DNA of 64,000 nt, from positions 8,122,001 through 8,186,000 of the forward strand of contig NC_081333.1 of the NCBI RefSeq assembly GCF_022539665.2, in the 5' to 3' direction. How positions within the stretch are numbered: position 1 is the first letter of the stretch; each line of letters starts with the position of its first letter. Below, in pieces: positions 25,524 through 38,900 of this stretch. Both the position numbers and the translations under genes were made by a program. The DNA comes from Daphnia carinata. Its lineage: Eukaryota. The notes under the pieces were generated by a model, which did no database searches, was not told the origin of the DNA, and worked only from the letters and a program-made list of their open reading frames with translations.

Positions 25524-28500
25524 TTAGGACTGCCGGGCGGTAGCAGCAAAGTATTTTCTTTTTTTCTTTTTTTTTTCCACTACATTAATTTTGCCTCCCG
25601 TCTCAAGTTTCCTCTCATCTTCTTTCCACGAGATGCTGAAAACTGAGCACTACGTCAGTGTAACACACCATTACACCTTGCCGGCTCAATCTCCATCGGC
25701 ACACGTCTTATCTTTCCTCTCTGCTCTAGTCCCCACTTTTTTTTCTTTTTTTTTTTACTTGGCTGCAAATTCATCTCTCGGCCCGTTGTTTTAACATCTA
25801 AATTGATTGCGCCCTGAAGAGAAAGGGGCTTCCATAATTTACGAGCGCAACGTCAGGTGCACACGACCGGAATCAAAAGCTGGAAATCCTTTAGTGGCAG
25901 TGGCAGTTCGAACATTAGTTGATTTGAGCATTGCAGGCTACCCCCCCGCCGTTGCCATTCAACTGTCTATACGAATACCACTGCCTTCGTCACGGAACAA
26001 CTTGTACTCATCGTTCTCGTATTAGCATCACAAAAAAGGAAGATGGAAACACACAAGCGAATGAGAAAAAGAAAAAAAAAAGCTTTTCCCTTTGAAATTT
26101 GTCGGCCGGAAGAGAGCGATCATTCTGCGGACGATGTCTGCGGCTGACGGAAAGCTTGTCCTTGTGTATAATAGTCGAATAATCTTCCGCTGAATGATTA
26201 TTAGAATAATTATTGGCGTCTATGCGCTGCCACAGACATGAATATATGGTAATTCAATACAAGCAGTCAACAAGTTTACCATAGCCGGACAAGTCTTAAA
26301 TGCTGATTTCAAATTCAAACATTTCTTTTCTTTCCCCCCTACCCCCAACGAAACCACTTTCCGTCCATCAACCACGAAAACGCAAGAAGATACACAATCG
26401 TAGTCTACTGAATTTTTTTTAGCAGAGTTGATGACCCAACAACGCCCTTTTATTTTCTTAGGGGGGGAGGCACTCCGGGTAGAACAAAAAGAAGATCCTT
26501 TTTGTGGTCGGGTGGTACGAGCGATCTGGGTACATTAATTCAAGTAGCTTTTAGACAACGTCTAACATGTGTTATTGGGCGGCTAGTTGCGCTCCTCCTA
26601 CCACTACAACACAAGATTCATGTCGACAGAATCTAAACCTTCAAGATTGCCCATTGGAAAGAGAAAGAAAAATCTTTTTTTTTATTTTTAGGTTGAATTG
26701 AAACAACGAACCTCTTTCTTTCTTTTGCAATGTGTCTAACTTGGTAAATAACCAAGTTCTATCTAAAGAAAAAAAAAGAACTGGGGGCGGGGGGTGGAAT
26801 TGCGGCTTTAAACGAAACAAAGGTCACGTCGCGCACGAAAATCAAAAGCGTCAAGCAGAACAAAAAAAAAAAAAGGGGAAAGCGGTTTTGGGCAGAAGGA
26901 TAATCAACTACTGAGATAAAAACAGAAAAAGGGAGAGGGAGGACAAAACAAAATATAAAAGAGAACGAAACATATCAAATAACACACAACTACACACGGT
27001 CGGATTTGTGTAGCTGTGTGCAGAATCTACGGCAATCAGGACTTTTAGTCGCGGTGGTATGGCAAAAGTGAAGTAGCGAGAACATCCCCCTCTCTCCTAT
27101 TTATTTATTTTTTTTTATTCTCTAGATGCTTTTATGACCCTCAGCATCAAGCTTCAGCGGCCATTATCATAACCCCATTGTGTACTAGAAAACTAGACAC
27201 AACGAAAACCCTCCCACCACTATAGTCTCTCCTACTACTCCTCCGGCTGCTCTTACAATAATCATAATCATAATGTGCACAACCTCAACATGTAGCTTCT
27301 ATAGCCTCCTCCCCCTCCTTTACTATGGGGGGTTACGAAGAGAAAGAAGAAAAAAAAAAAAAGGACAGTATAGTCTGCAGCTCTTTTTTTTTTTTTGTAG
27401 TAGAAATACAACGACTACTTACGTTACTGTACACATCCACATCGGAGATACAATAATAATCATAAAGAAACAGATAAAAAGAAGATCCCCCCCCCCCCCC
27501 CCCCTGGTGTTTCACCAATAACTCATTATTAAGAAAGAGGGGGAAACAAACAAAACAAAAAAATTGCGACCATGGCGAAACACACGACCGTTATTACATA
27601 ATAAACAATAGCAGAAAACAACCATCCCTACTTGTAACTTGTACGTAGGCGTATACCTTTCAATACCGAACATTGTTCGACTTTGCCAGATACGAATCGC
27701 TTGCCATTTATCGCAAATCAATGTTTAAAACAAAGGAAAAATCCCATTACTTCAAAAAGGTTAGCGTATTAATAGAGCTGTTGCTAAAAAAAAAAAAACC
27801 GCCAGCTATTTAATGTTCCAAGACGAGCCAGTATGGCTAGAGAACAGTGAATGTGTATATGTACGGAAGTAATGCGACGGTTGGGCTGGATTGTTGTGCT
27901 CAGCCTGGCGTGGTGATTAGTCGAATGGAGAAGCCCCCCCCCCTTCCAAGTCTCTCGAAAGAAAAAAAAGAAGTAAGACATTTCAGTAGTGGCCGTAGTA
28001 TTACTACTGCGACTACTGGATAAAAAAGAAAAAGAAAAAGGACAGCTCCATAAAAAAAAAAAAAAAAGTGTGACTGTGTTGCAGGGGAAGACTAGAGAAA
28101 GCGAAGTAAACAGCTGGCCAAGTTGCGGAATGGAGTTATCGTTAATGTTGCGGTAATCAGCATTGTTCCAGCCAGTCAGGGAAAAGAAAGTAAGAAGAAG
28201 CTTTTTGGGGAGTGCGGGGTGGGGTTGGGGCTCTATAAAATGAAAACAAAATGGAAAGGCTTCGCGAGCATGTGAATAAAAAAAAAAGTCCATGTATAAA
28301 GAGGCGGGCATTAAGTTGCGAAAGCACAACATCAGCTGAGCGTCATCGGGCGGAAGAGGAGAAGGTATAGTGCGACTTTGTGCCGGTCGAATTAATGCTC
28401 AAACACACACACACACACAATCAGGAAATGGGGAAAGAAAACGAAGAGAAAAAAAAAAACCAACTTGATAATAACATTGCTGTTTAGTATGTTCCTTCCA

Positions 28501-30622
28501 TCATCATCAAGCTGCTCCATCTTAACGTCAGTCTTTAAAAAAGAAAAAAAGAAAAAAAAGGGAAGACTCTCCAACTATAGCAATACAGAAGGAGGTGTAC
28601 TAGTCAAGAGTCTATACTAGTCAACTCGAAATCTGTGTGTGTGTTTCGAGTCATGTCGGGTTGATGGGTGGGAGGAGGCGAAAAGCGCAGAAGAGAGGGG
28701 GGTAGATCTTGACAAGACCTTTCGGAGGCTAGCAGCAAATGAGCAGAACAGTAGCAAGTAACAAACACGATGCATAAACATGAGAGGGCCAACATCCAGC
28801 TACTACAACTACAACAAGCTATTGCTCTACACATCGACTTGCAAAGAGGAAAAAGCTTTTGGCTGGTGGGAGCTTGTCACAGAGGATGACACGCCATCAA
28901 GTCACGGCTCGACAGATACAAAAAGCCATCATCTTTCCTTCTTCCTCTCTGCGCTGCAAGAAGTCGGCCGTCTCCAAAGACAAACAGAATATGTTAAGTA
29001 TAGATCTATTTATTATGCATCTATTAAAAACACGCACGCACACGAAAAAGATGCAAGAAGCTTACACATCTTTTCCTCCCACCGTTTCTAACGAAACGCT
29101 TCGACGATGAACGACATGATGGAGAAGCTTCATGACAATCAAACCATTCCTAGTAAGAACGGGAGGGGTCTCTAAACAAATCCCTGCGTGATCACCGCAA
29201 ACACACATTTACAAAGAATTCCCCCACCCTTTTTTTCCCCAACAAACGGGAGAAGAACGAAGAAACAAAAATAAAAAAGAAGCAGTTATGTTTAGGTTGT
29301 CCCGCCGATGACGGGCGTTGCGTACGGGTACGTAAAGCGCCCCCCAATCTCCGGCGTCGGTAGCCAGGAGGATTTGCGCCATCATCAGCATATTGAGCTC
29401 TCTCTTTCTCTCCATCCTTACCCTATCCCCCCCCCCCCTCCTGCTTCTTTTCTTTCTTTTGTTGGATGTTGATGACTTGTGTATATACCTTCATTAAAGG
29501 GATTTGACGGCAAGAAAGAAGAAAAGAAAGACTGTGCTAACGCGGAACCCTATAGCACATCAATGCGGATCGATGCCTCCCTTTTGTCTCTTCGTTCCGA
29601 ATCGGGCAGGCAAGTCTGATTTATTTCTAGGTTTTTTTTTTTTTTTCTTTGTATTATTTTGTTTTAAAAATAGGGACTCAATAGACATACAGTGTGTATG
29701 TATTCGGTTTCGAAAGAGATATTTATCCCCGTCAACCTCCCGACATACGATGGATACAAGAGCGATGCCCCCCTCCGAAACAACATTCTATATACTGTTG
29801 GGATATATGAATGTATGTATGCGTGTGTGTGTATCGTTCGCGGCTAGATGAGCACCAACAAAAAGAGACACAGACACACGGAAGGAGAAGGTTCGCAGCA
29901 CAAGAAAAAGCAAGTTGCAAGAAACTGGCAAACAAAATCGAAAGGGAAAAAAAAAAAAAAAAAAAAAGAAGGAAGAAAAAGGTCCAGCGATTAGGTTGAC
30001 TTTGATGGATCCGCTAGCTGCAATCCGGCCGTTTCGTATAAATGTGTGGCCTTTCCATTTTTTTTTTTTTTTTTCCTTTTTCAAAACAGGAAACTTCCGC
30101 TCTACACCACCACCACCATCATCAAGAATCGTCGTGCTTTCTCTCCTTTAGTACGAAATCACACACCCGTGCGATGGATGGAAGCGAAAGAAGGGGGCGA
30201 TGTCTGTCGACGAGTGGATACTGTCTCACTTGATTTCCAATGCTTCCGCAATGAAATCGACGACAAAAGGTCACAAAAGCGTGACTTATACTAGTCCTAC
30301 TTCCAAAGTCAAAATTTTTTTTTTTATTTTGAGGCTTAACCTCCGCACGCAAACGGTCGATAGACGGACGGAGAGAGAGAAAAAAGAGGGAAGTCGAGTT
30401 CTCATCACGCTCCATCACGGTCAGTGCGGAAGAAGATAAGACAGCCAGTGGACAACAATAGCAACAATAGGAGAGACGCATCAATAAAAAAAAAAACAAG
30501 TGGAAAGAAAAAGACAAAGAGAAATAAAATAAAAATAAAAAAGGGAGACAAAAGAAAACGGGCAGAGACTGAAGAGATCTTCCTTGGTAAGTAAAACCAC
30601 CACAGGGATAATTAAAGGTCCA

Positions 30623-30625
<3 letters not shown>

Positions 30626-30660
<35 letters not shown>
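30626..30660. repeat. (GT)n microsatellite
   Basis: Directly visible, about 17 units. Confidence 0.95.
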
Positions 30661-30661
<1 letters not shown>

Positions 30662-32137
30662 TTGTGTGTGGCGTTCATTTTCCCCCCTTTTTCTCCTATA
30701 TATCTTACACCACTATAGCTGTACTACTGTTGTACACGAGCTTTGTTCTCTTCCAACAACTGCAAACGGCTAGCCACTGAATCAGTTTGGACGACAAATA
30801 CAAAAAAAAAAATAATAATAATAATAACAAAAGCAAAAGAGAACAAACAAAAAAAAAAAGCTTTTCATTTTGTTCTTTCTACTTTGGTCCAATACCAACA
30901 GACTTGACCGCCGTGACAAATGACCTTAACCGAACTGGACGACAGCTGGATTTTCTGATATCCTACGGTTGTCCAAACTTTTGCTTTTGTTTTATTTATG
31001 TCCCTTTTTTTTTGTGTGTGTGTGTGTTTGTTCTGTTGCTTCTTTCATATACTTTTTGTTTAAATTCATTTGCCCATTTTATGTGATTATGCCTATGTAT
31101 AAATATGTGCGACTATATCATCATAGCAAGTAGCCAGTAATGTACATATTAATCGGATTTCATTGGGGGCGGGGGGGGGGGGGTAAAAAAAAATAAATAG
31201 GCCAGTGCGGAGGAGACAAGAGAAAAGGTCATAACGTAAAGTGGATCGTGTCAGGGACAAGAGAAGAAAACAGAAAAAAAAAAAATAAAAGAATAAAAAA
31301 CCTGCTCTGAGCGCGTTTCTTCGGATGGTGGAACACATAACACCCGTAATCGAATCACGGACCTTTCCCCTGCTGCTACTACTCTTTTAGACAACGATGA
31401 GAGTGTGTGCCAGACCCTCCCACCCCTCAACAGCTGTCATACTGTCGTCGACCATCATCCTCAGTCTTACTTCAAGCTATATACAACACTCCCTTTTTTC
31501 TCGTCCTCGGCTGCTAGACACTGGCCAAAAGGCAAGAAACACAACAGCAACACAATCGGATCATCTGGACGATGTGTGTACTGGCACGAGCTCAGCCCCC
31601 CCCCCCCAAAAAAAAAAAAGAATGAGAAAAAATAAAACAATATTTCGATGGTTCTACTAAAGATATACGCACATATCGCCTAATAGCATTGGCCTTTTCG
31701 CTTTAGTTTTTTTTTTGTTACTTCAATTTTGTGTTTGTTTGTGTTTGTTATCCGATCCCCACTCCGTTTTGGGGGGTGGGGCAGTAAAACAAGGCAGGAT
31801 CTACGACATGTCAATGTTCCAATTCTACGACATCGTTCAACCGTTTAGTTCCGTTTGTTTTACGACGAATTTTTTCCTGTTTTGGAACGGGGTTAAAACA
31901 AGAAAAGCGAAAGTGGTGGAATAATAAAAAGGAAAAAAAAATCTGTCGGTTTGCATTGCTAGTTGCATCAAATCACAGAAATGAGAAAAGAAAATGCCGA
32001 TTTTGGAGTTAAAAAAAAAAAAAAGATGACGGATGACGGGACGGAATAACTCGTGACTTCTATTAACATCACGGAGATTTGGGTGCGCGAAAAACACACA
32101 CACACACAACACAAAAACTAGGATGGATGGAACTAAC

Positions 32138-32295
32138 CTGTTTTGGTGCGGCTCTTGTTTTTGTTGGAAGGAACTCGTGGAACCAAAATGCCAGATGATT
32201 TCTTGCCACTCTTAATGGATTGCTCTGACGTGGGATGAATCAATCCCGATGGCGATTCCGGTCCGCCCACGTCGCCTTTGACCACCGACGAACTG
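32138..32295 (-). CDS. zfh1: zfh1 long-isoform coding exon B (SSSVVKGDVGGPESPSGLIHPTSEQSIKSGKKSSGILVPRVPSNKNKSRTKT); not in the ORF track
   Basis: Acceptor TAG ends at 32296 and donor acag|GTTAGT starts at 32137. The 158-nt exon is open. Phase 2 in matches exon A, and phase 1 out matches the 16947 acceptor. Confidence 0.8.
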
Positions 32296-32456
32296 CTACC
32301 CGTTTCCAATTCAAAAATTGAAAATAGTTTTTTTTATTTTAGATTTTCCAAAAAAAAAAAAATAAACTAGAAAAAAGATTGCATGGATCAATCTTTTACA
32401 AAAAGGAAAAAGAGATTTCTTTACAAATAAAAAAATAAAAAAGATGAAGCGTGTAC

Positions 32457-32905
32457 TTGATTCGTTGAGTGACGTCGCGCGGAGTTGGGGATTGACCCTC
32501 GGGGGAGGTGGCATCATCCTCTTCTTCCTCCACCTCCTCTTCCTCGTCAACTTCTTCCGGTTCGGTGGCCAATTCGGCTTCTTCAACGTCGTCTTCCGGC
32601 CGGTCAACTGCGCTGACGTGGGCCGACTGCGGCGGACGCTGAAGGGCCGGAGCCGACGGCAGGAAATCAGAAGCGACAACGTTGCCCTCTCTGATGGCCG
32701 TGTTGTTTGTGGTGAACGAAGAGGAAGAAGACGATGAGGACGACGACGATGAAGAGGAAGAAGGAGAAGACGATGCCAGCAGTGGTTTGTTGAGGTTGTG
32801 ATTGGCGTCAGACGATCCGCTGGGACTGACGGGAGCTACTTCTAATGTGGACGACATTATGGAAGACGATGTCTTTATTGTCGTCTCCTCTTCGCTGTGT
32901 GTCAT
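32457..32905 (-). CDS. zfh1: zfh1 long-isoform coding exon A (Ser-rich and acidic N-terminus, MTHSEEETTIKTSSSIMSSTLEVAPVSP...)
   Basis: GC-rich ORF (track 32396..32905) with poly-Ser and poly-Glu encoded by mixed codons. Donor aa|GTACAC at 32456 (phase 2). Candidate acceptors upstream end at 32911 and 32970. Confidence 0.8.
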
Positions 32906-35900
32906 CTCTTCTATTTTTTAAAAAAAGAAAAAGAAAAGAAGAGAAATTGAAGATCATGGTTCGAACCACCTGAAAATGAACAAGAGCCTCACAATCGAAT
33001 TTTTAATGAATTTTTGGATCGGATTGAATTGAATTTCGATTTAGGATCGCATTTAGAAATTGGGCGTGTCGAATGCCCGCTCTGATTGTTGCTGCCTTTT
33101 TCAAGAGACATCGAAGTAACTGCACTTGAAGAGCCTTTTCAAGTGCTCGCAAACCCCCGGTGGCGGAAACGAGCCATCCAGCTTCCGGATCCTATAGACG
33201 CACGCATACACATTGATACATTTATCTCGGCTCTCTTTCTCTCTCTCTTTTTCTCTACATGAAAACGACAGGATTTCTCATGTTGTTTGTCCTCCATGTT
33301 CATCGCTACTGTTACTACATACCCGATGTATGGAATCTCCCTTTTTCCCAAACCGGATTCGCTCACCTTCTTCCGCCCCACCTCACTCTATTCCTCCGAT
33401 TCTATACACACAAACATCAACCGGATTTTATGTATTTATGTTCTTTTTTGTGTGTGTGTATCTTTTGACTCGAACAGACAACGGTTGAATTATTTACCAA
33501 AGAGAAAATCCTTCCTTTTCTATTGCAAAAAAAAAAAAGTGAAAATCAAAATGGGGAAGGAATTCCCCGTCATTTCCAGCTGCGCTAGTTTAAAAAAAGA
33601 AAAAGACGTGGGGTTAACTTTTCACACAGGCGTAGTATAAAAAAGAAAAGAAAAGTGGGGAGAAAGAAATATAAAATATTAAGAGATCAAGAAAATGTGT
33701 ACGCTATAATAATAAATCCCAAGTATAGTGGCAAAAAGGGGAGAACGGAAATCAACCCAAAAAAAAAAGTCCCTCTCCCCTTCAACAATCCCAAACGGGA
33801 AACACGGTCCCACTCAATCACACAGCGTCCCCACCGCTGCATTTTTTTTTCAAGGCCCGTGAATTTTCCAACCCGATTCTCTATATTCAGCGACAAGCCA
33901 GGAAATAAAAAAAAACAGAAATGAATCAAAATAATAATAGAAACTAACCCCCCCCCCTCCGTCGAAATCAATCAATAAACGAAGATATATGATTTTTCTT
34001 TTTCCATATTTCTCCAAACAAATCAGATGAAATAAAAAGAAAAAAAGAAATATCCGATTTCATCCGGACTGTGATGACAAAATAGGGATCATCATCTCTT
34101 ATTCACGCAATGGGTGTATGGGGAGGGTAGCAGCGAAAGCCGAGCGCGTGAAAAATATCCATTTCAAAGATCACAGCAAAATGGCAGGAGCTCGTTGAGA
34201 AAATAAAAAAAAAAAGGAAAACGACATTGGAGATATGGCAAACGCTTTTGTCCTGATTTTTTTGTTTTTTGTTTCTTTCTTCTTTGAAAAAAAACAAACA
34301 AAACAAAACAGAGCCAATGTTTCGGTATAAAACTAAAAGTCAAGCCATAAAAACATCAAGATCTCTCGAATCAATTCAGACAGGGATTGAACGAGGTTCC
34401 TATCACTTTACTTTCTTTTTAGCCCTTAAAAAAGAGAAAGGAAAGAGAGCGCAGACAGCGGCCATCTATAAATATGTGTGCCCCTCTCTCTCTCATCGAA
34501 AGAAATGACGAGAGATGAGAAAGAATATGATACAACAAAGTGCTCAACGCGGAAGCGAAAGAGACCCCCAAAGCCTCGCCCCATTCTTCGACGAACCACC
34601 ACCCTGAAAAAGTTTACGCTCAGCCGGACGTAACGCGCTCCGCTCGTCATGGCCGTCGTCGTTTGTGACGGGCCCCGACGTCGACTACGACGTTCGTTTT
34701 CTCTCAACTGTACGTTTTTGTTTTGCTCCTCGTCGCACAGGGGTCATCCATTTCGCTCCTGTCTCTATTGCCCTTATGTCCCCCTCTTCTTCTTTCTTTG
34801 TGCGTGCGATCTACCGAACATTTCTTTTTTTTTTTTTTTTGACGAACTAAATTTCGTTATGATGAATGTTTTTGAAAATGATGCGACAACTCGCATTGAA
34901 TTACAAACAAACAGAGATTCATCAACATTTTGGCATTTTCTTTACCCTACCGGAGGGGGTCTGAAAAGATCAAATTCAATAAAGAAAAGTTGGGACGATC
35001 ATCTGGCGTAAAGATAATTCTCAATTGCATAAGGGGGAACGAAACTGCGTCTGGCTTTTATATTTTGCTCTCCCCCCCCCCCGTCTAATGATGAACAAAT
35101 CTCTCGGACCAAACGCAACCATCTTTTTTATATATATATATATATTATTATTTATTATGCGGAGTACGGTGCACACGGTATTTATTTTTATGATTATTGT
35201 GACCATTGTGTATAAATATGTATAAAAGAGAGTCGCCGCGCAGCGCAACCGTCCGAGAAAAACTAATAGACTATACTATGCCATTACACGCAGCACGGCA
35301 CCACATACACTCGTACAAATCTACTGGCCCCTGCTACTGATTTATTAATATTACACAACCGGCGGGTGCAACGCGAAAAGAGGGGTTGGTTGCCTTGCGT
35401 TCCAAAAACGCAAGATGGTCCAGACACGACGCACACATTCTACACGTATTTTTTTGTTTTGTTTTGTTTTTTTTATCTTCGAAAGGAGGAGGGCAGTTTT
35501 TCAAGAAAGGTCTAAACACAAATAACGCCGTTTTTTGTTTTTTTTTGGTGGGGGGTTCCTTCTGTTGACGACAAATGGGACCCTCTGATGATGGGCCCAT
35601 TAAAACTAACCAACGAAAATATGAAGGAATTTTTCTTCTTTCCATTAGGTCGGCTGAATTAAAACAACAAAAAAAAATGTCTTTTAACGCAAATAAAAAA
35701 CAAAAAAGGGAAAAGGGAGGATGCATTATCCTGCCCATTGTTGATTTCTTTCGTTAAAAGTTTGTGTCGAGAACTGTGCGTGTGTGTGCAGATCATTAGC
35801 TGGAAGCTTTACGTGTAGTCGGGGCTCAATCCTCGCATCGACTACTCATCGCGATGACGTCTACTCATCAAACCTCTGCCATCAAATCCGACCTTTATTC

Positions 35901-38900
35901 CTTTCCGTCTCGTCTGTCTCGCATCTCCGTGTCTCATCAACTCAGGAAGCAAACAGCTATACAGTGTGCACACACACACACACACACACATATTTAGTCG
36001 AAAGTCAATCAATCCGATTACTGCTACGCGCTATATACTGGGGAGACGAGGCCATCGTGAAGACAAGTTGCAAAGGCTTAACATACGACTGAAACATGGC
36101 CCCGATCGCAACAACAGGAAAACGCATTAGCCAATACAATCTAATGGGCATAATATACTTTAACAAGAACCGAGAATTGAATGCAGAGTTACACGTCATA
36201 TCGTTGCAATTGCACCGCACTTTCTCCCCGTGATATCGTTATATCAATCATATGGGGAGGGCAAGATGTGTGTTGTAAAAAGAAAAAAAAAAGAAGGGAG
36301 GAGGGACCCTCCATCTGCACCTCGATGATGGTGGCAGCATGGCCAACACCTCCTTCTTCTTTCCTCTTTTAGGGAAAGAAAAGCTCATGGAAGGTTCGGT
36401 GCTGTCAGCGTCCGGACGCCGACACTCCATCACTGACACACATAGAAAACGAAAAACGTGAAAGAAAAAGAAGGGAGAAAACGAGGAGCCAGGAGGTTTC
36501 GGCCACAGCAGTTGCCCTCCTTATTGGATGTCTAACCTTTTTCGCCTGCGACGTGATGGTAGTTAGCGGTCGCTGTGAGATTCGAACGAATAACAAAAAG
36601 GGACAGAGACAGAAAAGGCAAGTCGGACTGGACAAACTGAACAGCAAATAGACGAAATGATTTTCTTTTTTTTTTTTTTTACGGATATCGCCGTGCGTGA
36701 GCGTGTACTATGTAGTACGTATATAAGAAACAAGATGGATGAGGTGATGTGGCAAGAGATCAGCTGTCGGAATACCGTCTCGGCTAATTCGATACTTAGT
36801 GGACGCGAAACCGAGAGAAAAAAAAAGGAGAAAATCAATCGATTACAAGGAAATAGAAAAAAAAAAGTTCATCTGTGTAACGTAACCTCCCTAGAAAACA
36901 TCCGTTCTATCGCGGCTCCTCCCTTCTTTACCGACTGATGGATGATGACTGTGTGTCTGCTGCGCCAAAAACCCACCCAAAACAAAAGGTAGTATAAAAA
37001 ACAAATTCCTTTTTCGCATCGTCTTCCTAATTTTTTTTTTCTCTCTCGCTGGCAATTGATCCTCTGATTCTATGATGGGCCACACTTTCAATGTCGCGCG
37101 TACTAAATACGCGCTCCCCACCCCCACTCCGTGTCATTCTCTCTACACACGGTCTAGATATGGCCTATCAGTAAATATAACTGAACCATCCAATCATCCC
37201 AAAAAGAAAAGCTACGACTCAAAATAAAAAGGCATTCAGTTTTTCAACGTCACCAAAGCGGATTAGTACACCATGTTGAAACGATATCTTCCATTATACA
37301 TTTGTTTCCCTAACCCCTCACAGTCTGCTCGCATACAACAGGCAAAAAGAACAATAATAAAAAAAATCACGTTCACAACACACGGTTAATCGTAAATAGT
37401 GAGGTTAGCTATCATCACGATTACAACGTCCGAGTCTTTTAGGGAAACTACATTTTTTTGACACGCCAATTTAAAAAAAAAAAAAAAATTAATAATTTTT
37501 TAAAGAAAGTCCCTCACTCACGAATTTGAGTAAAATATCAAGACGGGGAGGCATTGTAACTGTTGCGGTTTAAAGGGGGCGGGGGGATGTTGACGGCACT
37601 CGAGGGGGCCGTGCATCTTTAGTTTTTCTCTCGGGCCAGCTCGTTTCTCAAGTATCTAACCACAGTATACTCTGTTCAGAAGTCCAAAAAAAAACAAAAA
37701 AAAAACAAGAAAAGAAGCAGGGGGTAGTTGTGGTACAAATATACTCGTCGTTCTCTTTTTTACCGCCTAGTGGAACGTTTTTAAAGAGGGCACCGAGCGC
37801 TGCCGACGTCATTTGTTTTGGGTTCCCCTTCATCTACGAGCCAATGGACCTTATCATCAGTCCTTGCCTCTCTATTCAGTCTCGTCCAATCACTGCTTCA
37901 CCTTATAAAAGACGTACACACACACACGCATCGCAAGTTTATTTTTAAAAGCACCATTCCAAAATTAATTGCGTGTCTATTTGATCATTTCATTTGAAAC
38001 TACACCAGTGACTCTATCTAAGCGAAAATGTCTGCTCAAAGGGGAGGAGTGGGGTTCACTGGAGATATTGCGTCCGATGGCTATCGCTCTTTTTTTTTGG
38101 TTTGTGGACGGACGTAAAAACAAAAAAGGGAAAATGCTATTTTTTTCTTTTTTTTTTGCCTCACTATTGTTTGTGAAATTTATCCTGTTTGTATGCTAAA
38201 CAATCCCCTCATCCCATTTCTTTCGATATCAACACTTGTGGTAGATGCATGGTAAAACAGGGCAACAAACGACTCGCCACATCTTTACGTCATCTTCCTC
38301 GCTCCCAACTCCTCCCCGGCATCTGAAGACAAACAAAAAAGAAAGCGGGGGGCTGCCACAAGAAAGTGAAGAGAGACTATAGTATTTATTGATGCGATAC
38401 GCTGGTTGTTGGGGAATAATATAATGTCGCGTTGAACGACGTGCCGCAAAACGAAGTGAGAAACCGTACACACGAAAGAAAAAGAGGGAACCCATTGCGG
38501 CTACGAGTTTTGATCAGGCCAATAAATCACAACGTTATACTTGTCGTAGCGAATAGCTAGCAATTTCTGATTTCTCTTTTCCTTTTTTTCGTGTGCGTTA
38601 AAGAGGGGAGCAATGCATAACGCATCTTAAGGGAGGAGGGGGGGGGGGGGTTATACACAATCACTCCCAGCCCTTCTCAGCGATTGGGCTTTACCGGGCG
38701 AAAACAAGAGAGACGACAGAGGATTCTATGATGACATTTTTTTTTTTTCGTTTTGCATATTACTTTGATTCTTATCTTATAGTCCTCGATGTATTTCCCT
38801 TGCCACTTGCTTTATTCTTAGGGCTTAACCGGCGCCCTATAAAAAAAAAGAGCTCTTTGTGGTGTGTGTGTGTGTGTGTCTTTTAGTCGTTTTTAGATTG

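Noticed and set aside
18000..32100. Numerous 60-180 aa ORFs rich in F, K, C/V and H/T
   Set aside because: Translations of homopolymers and microsatellites with no coding signature. The same holds for 33-64 kb.
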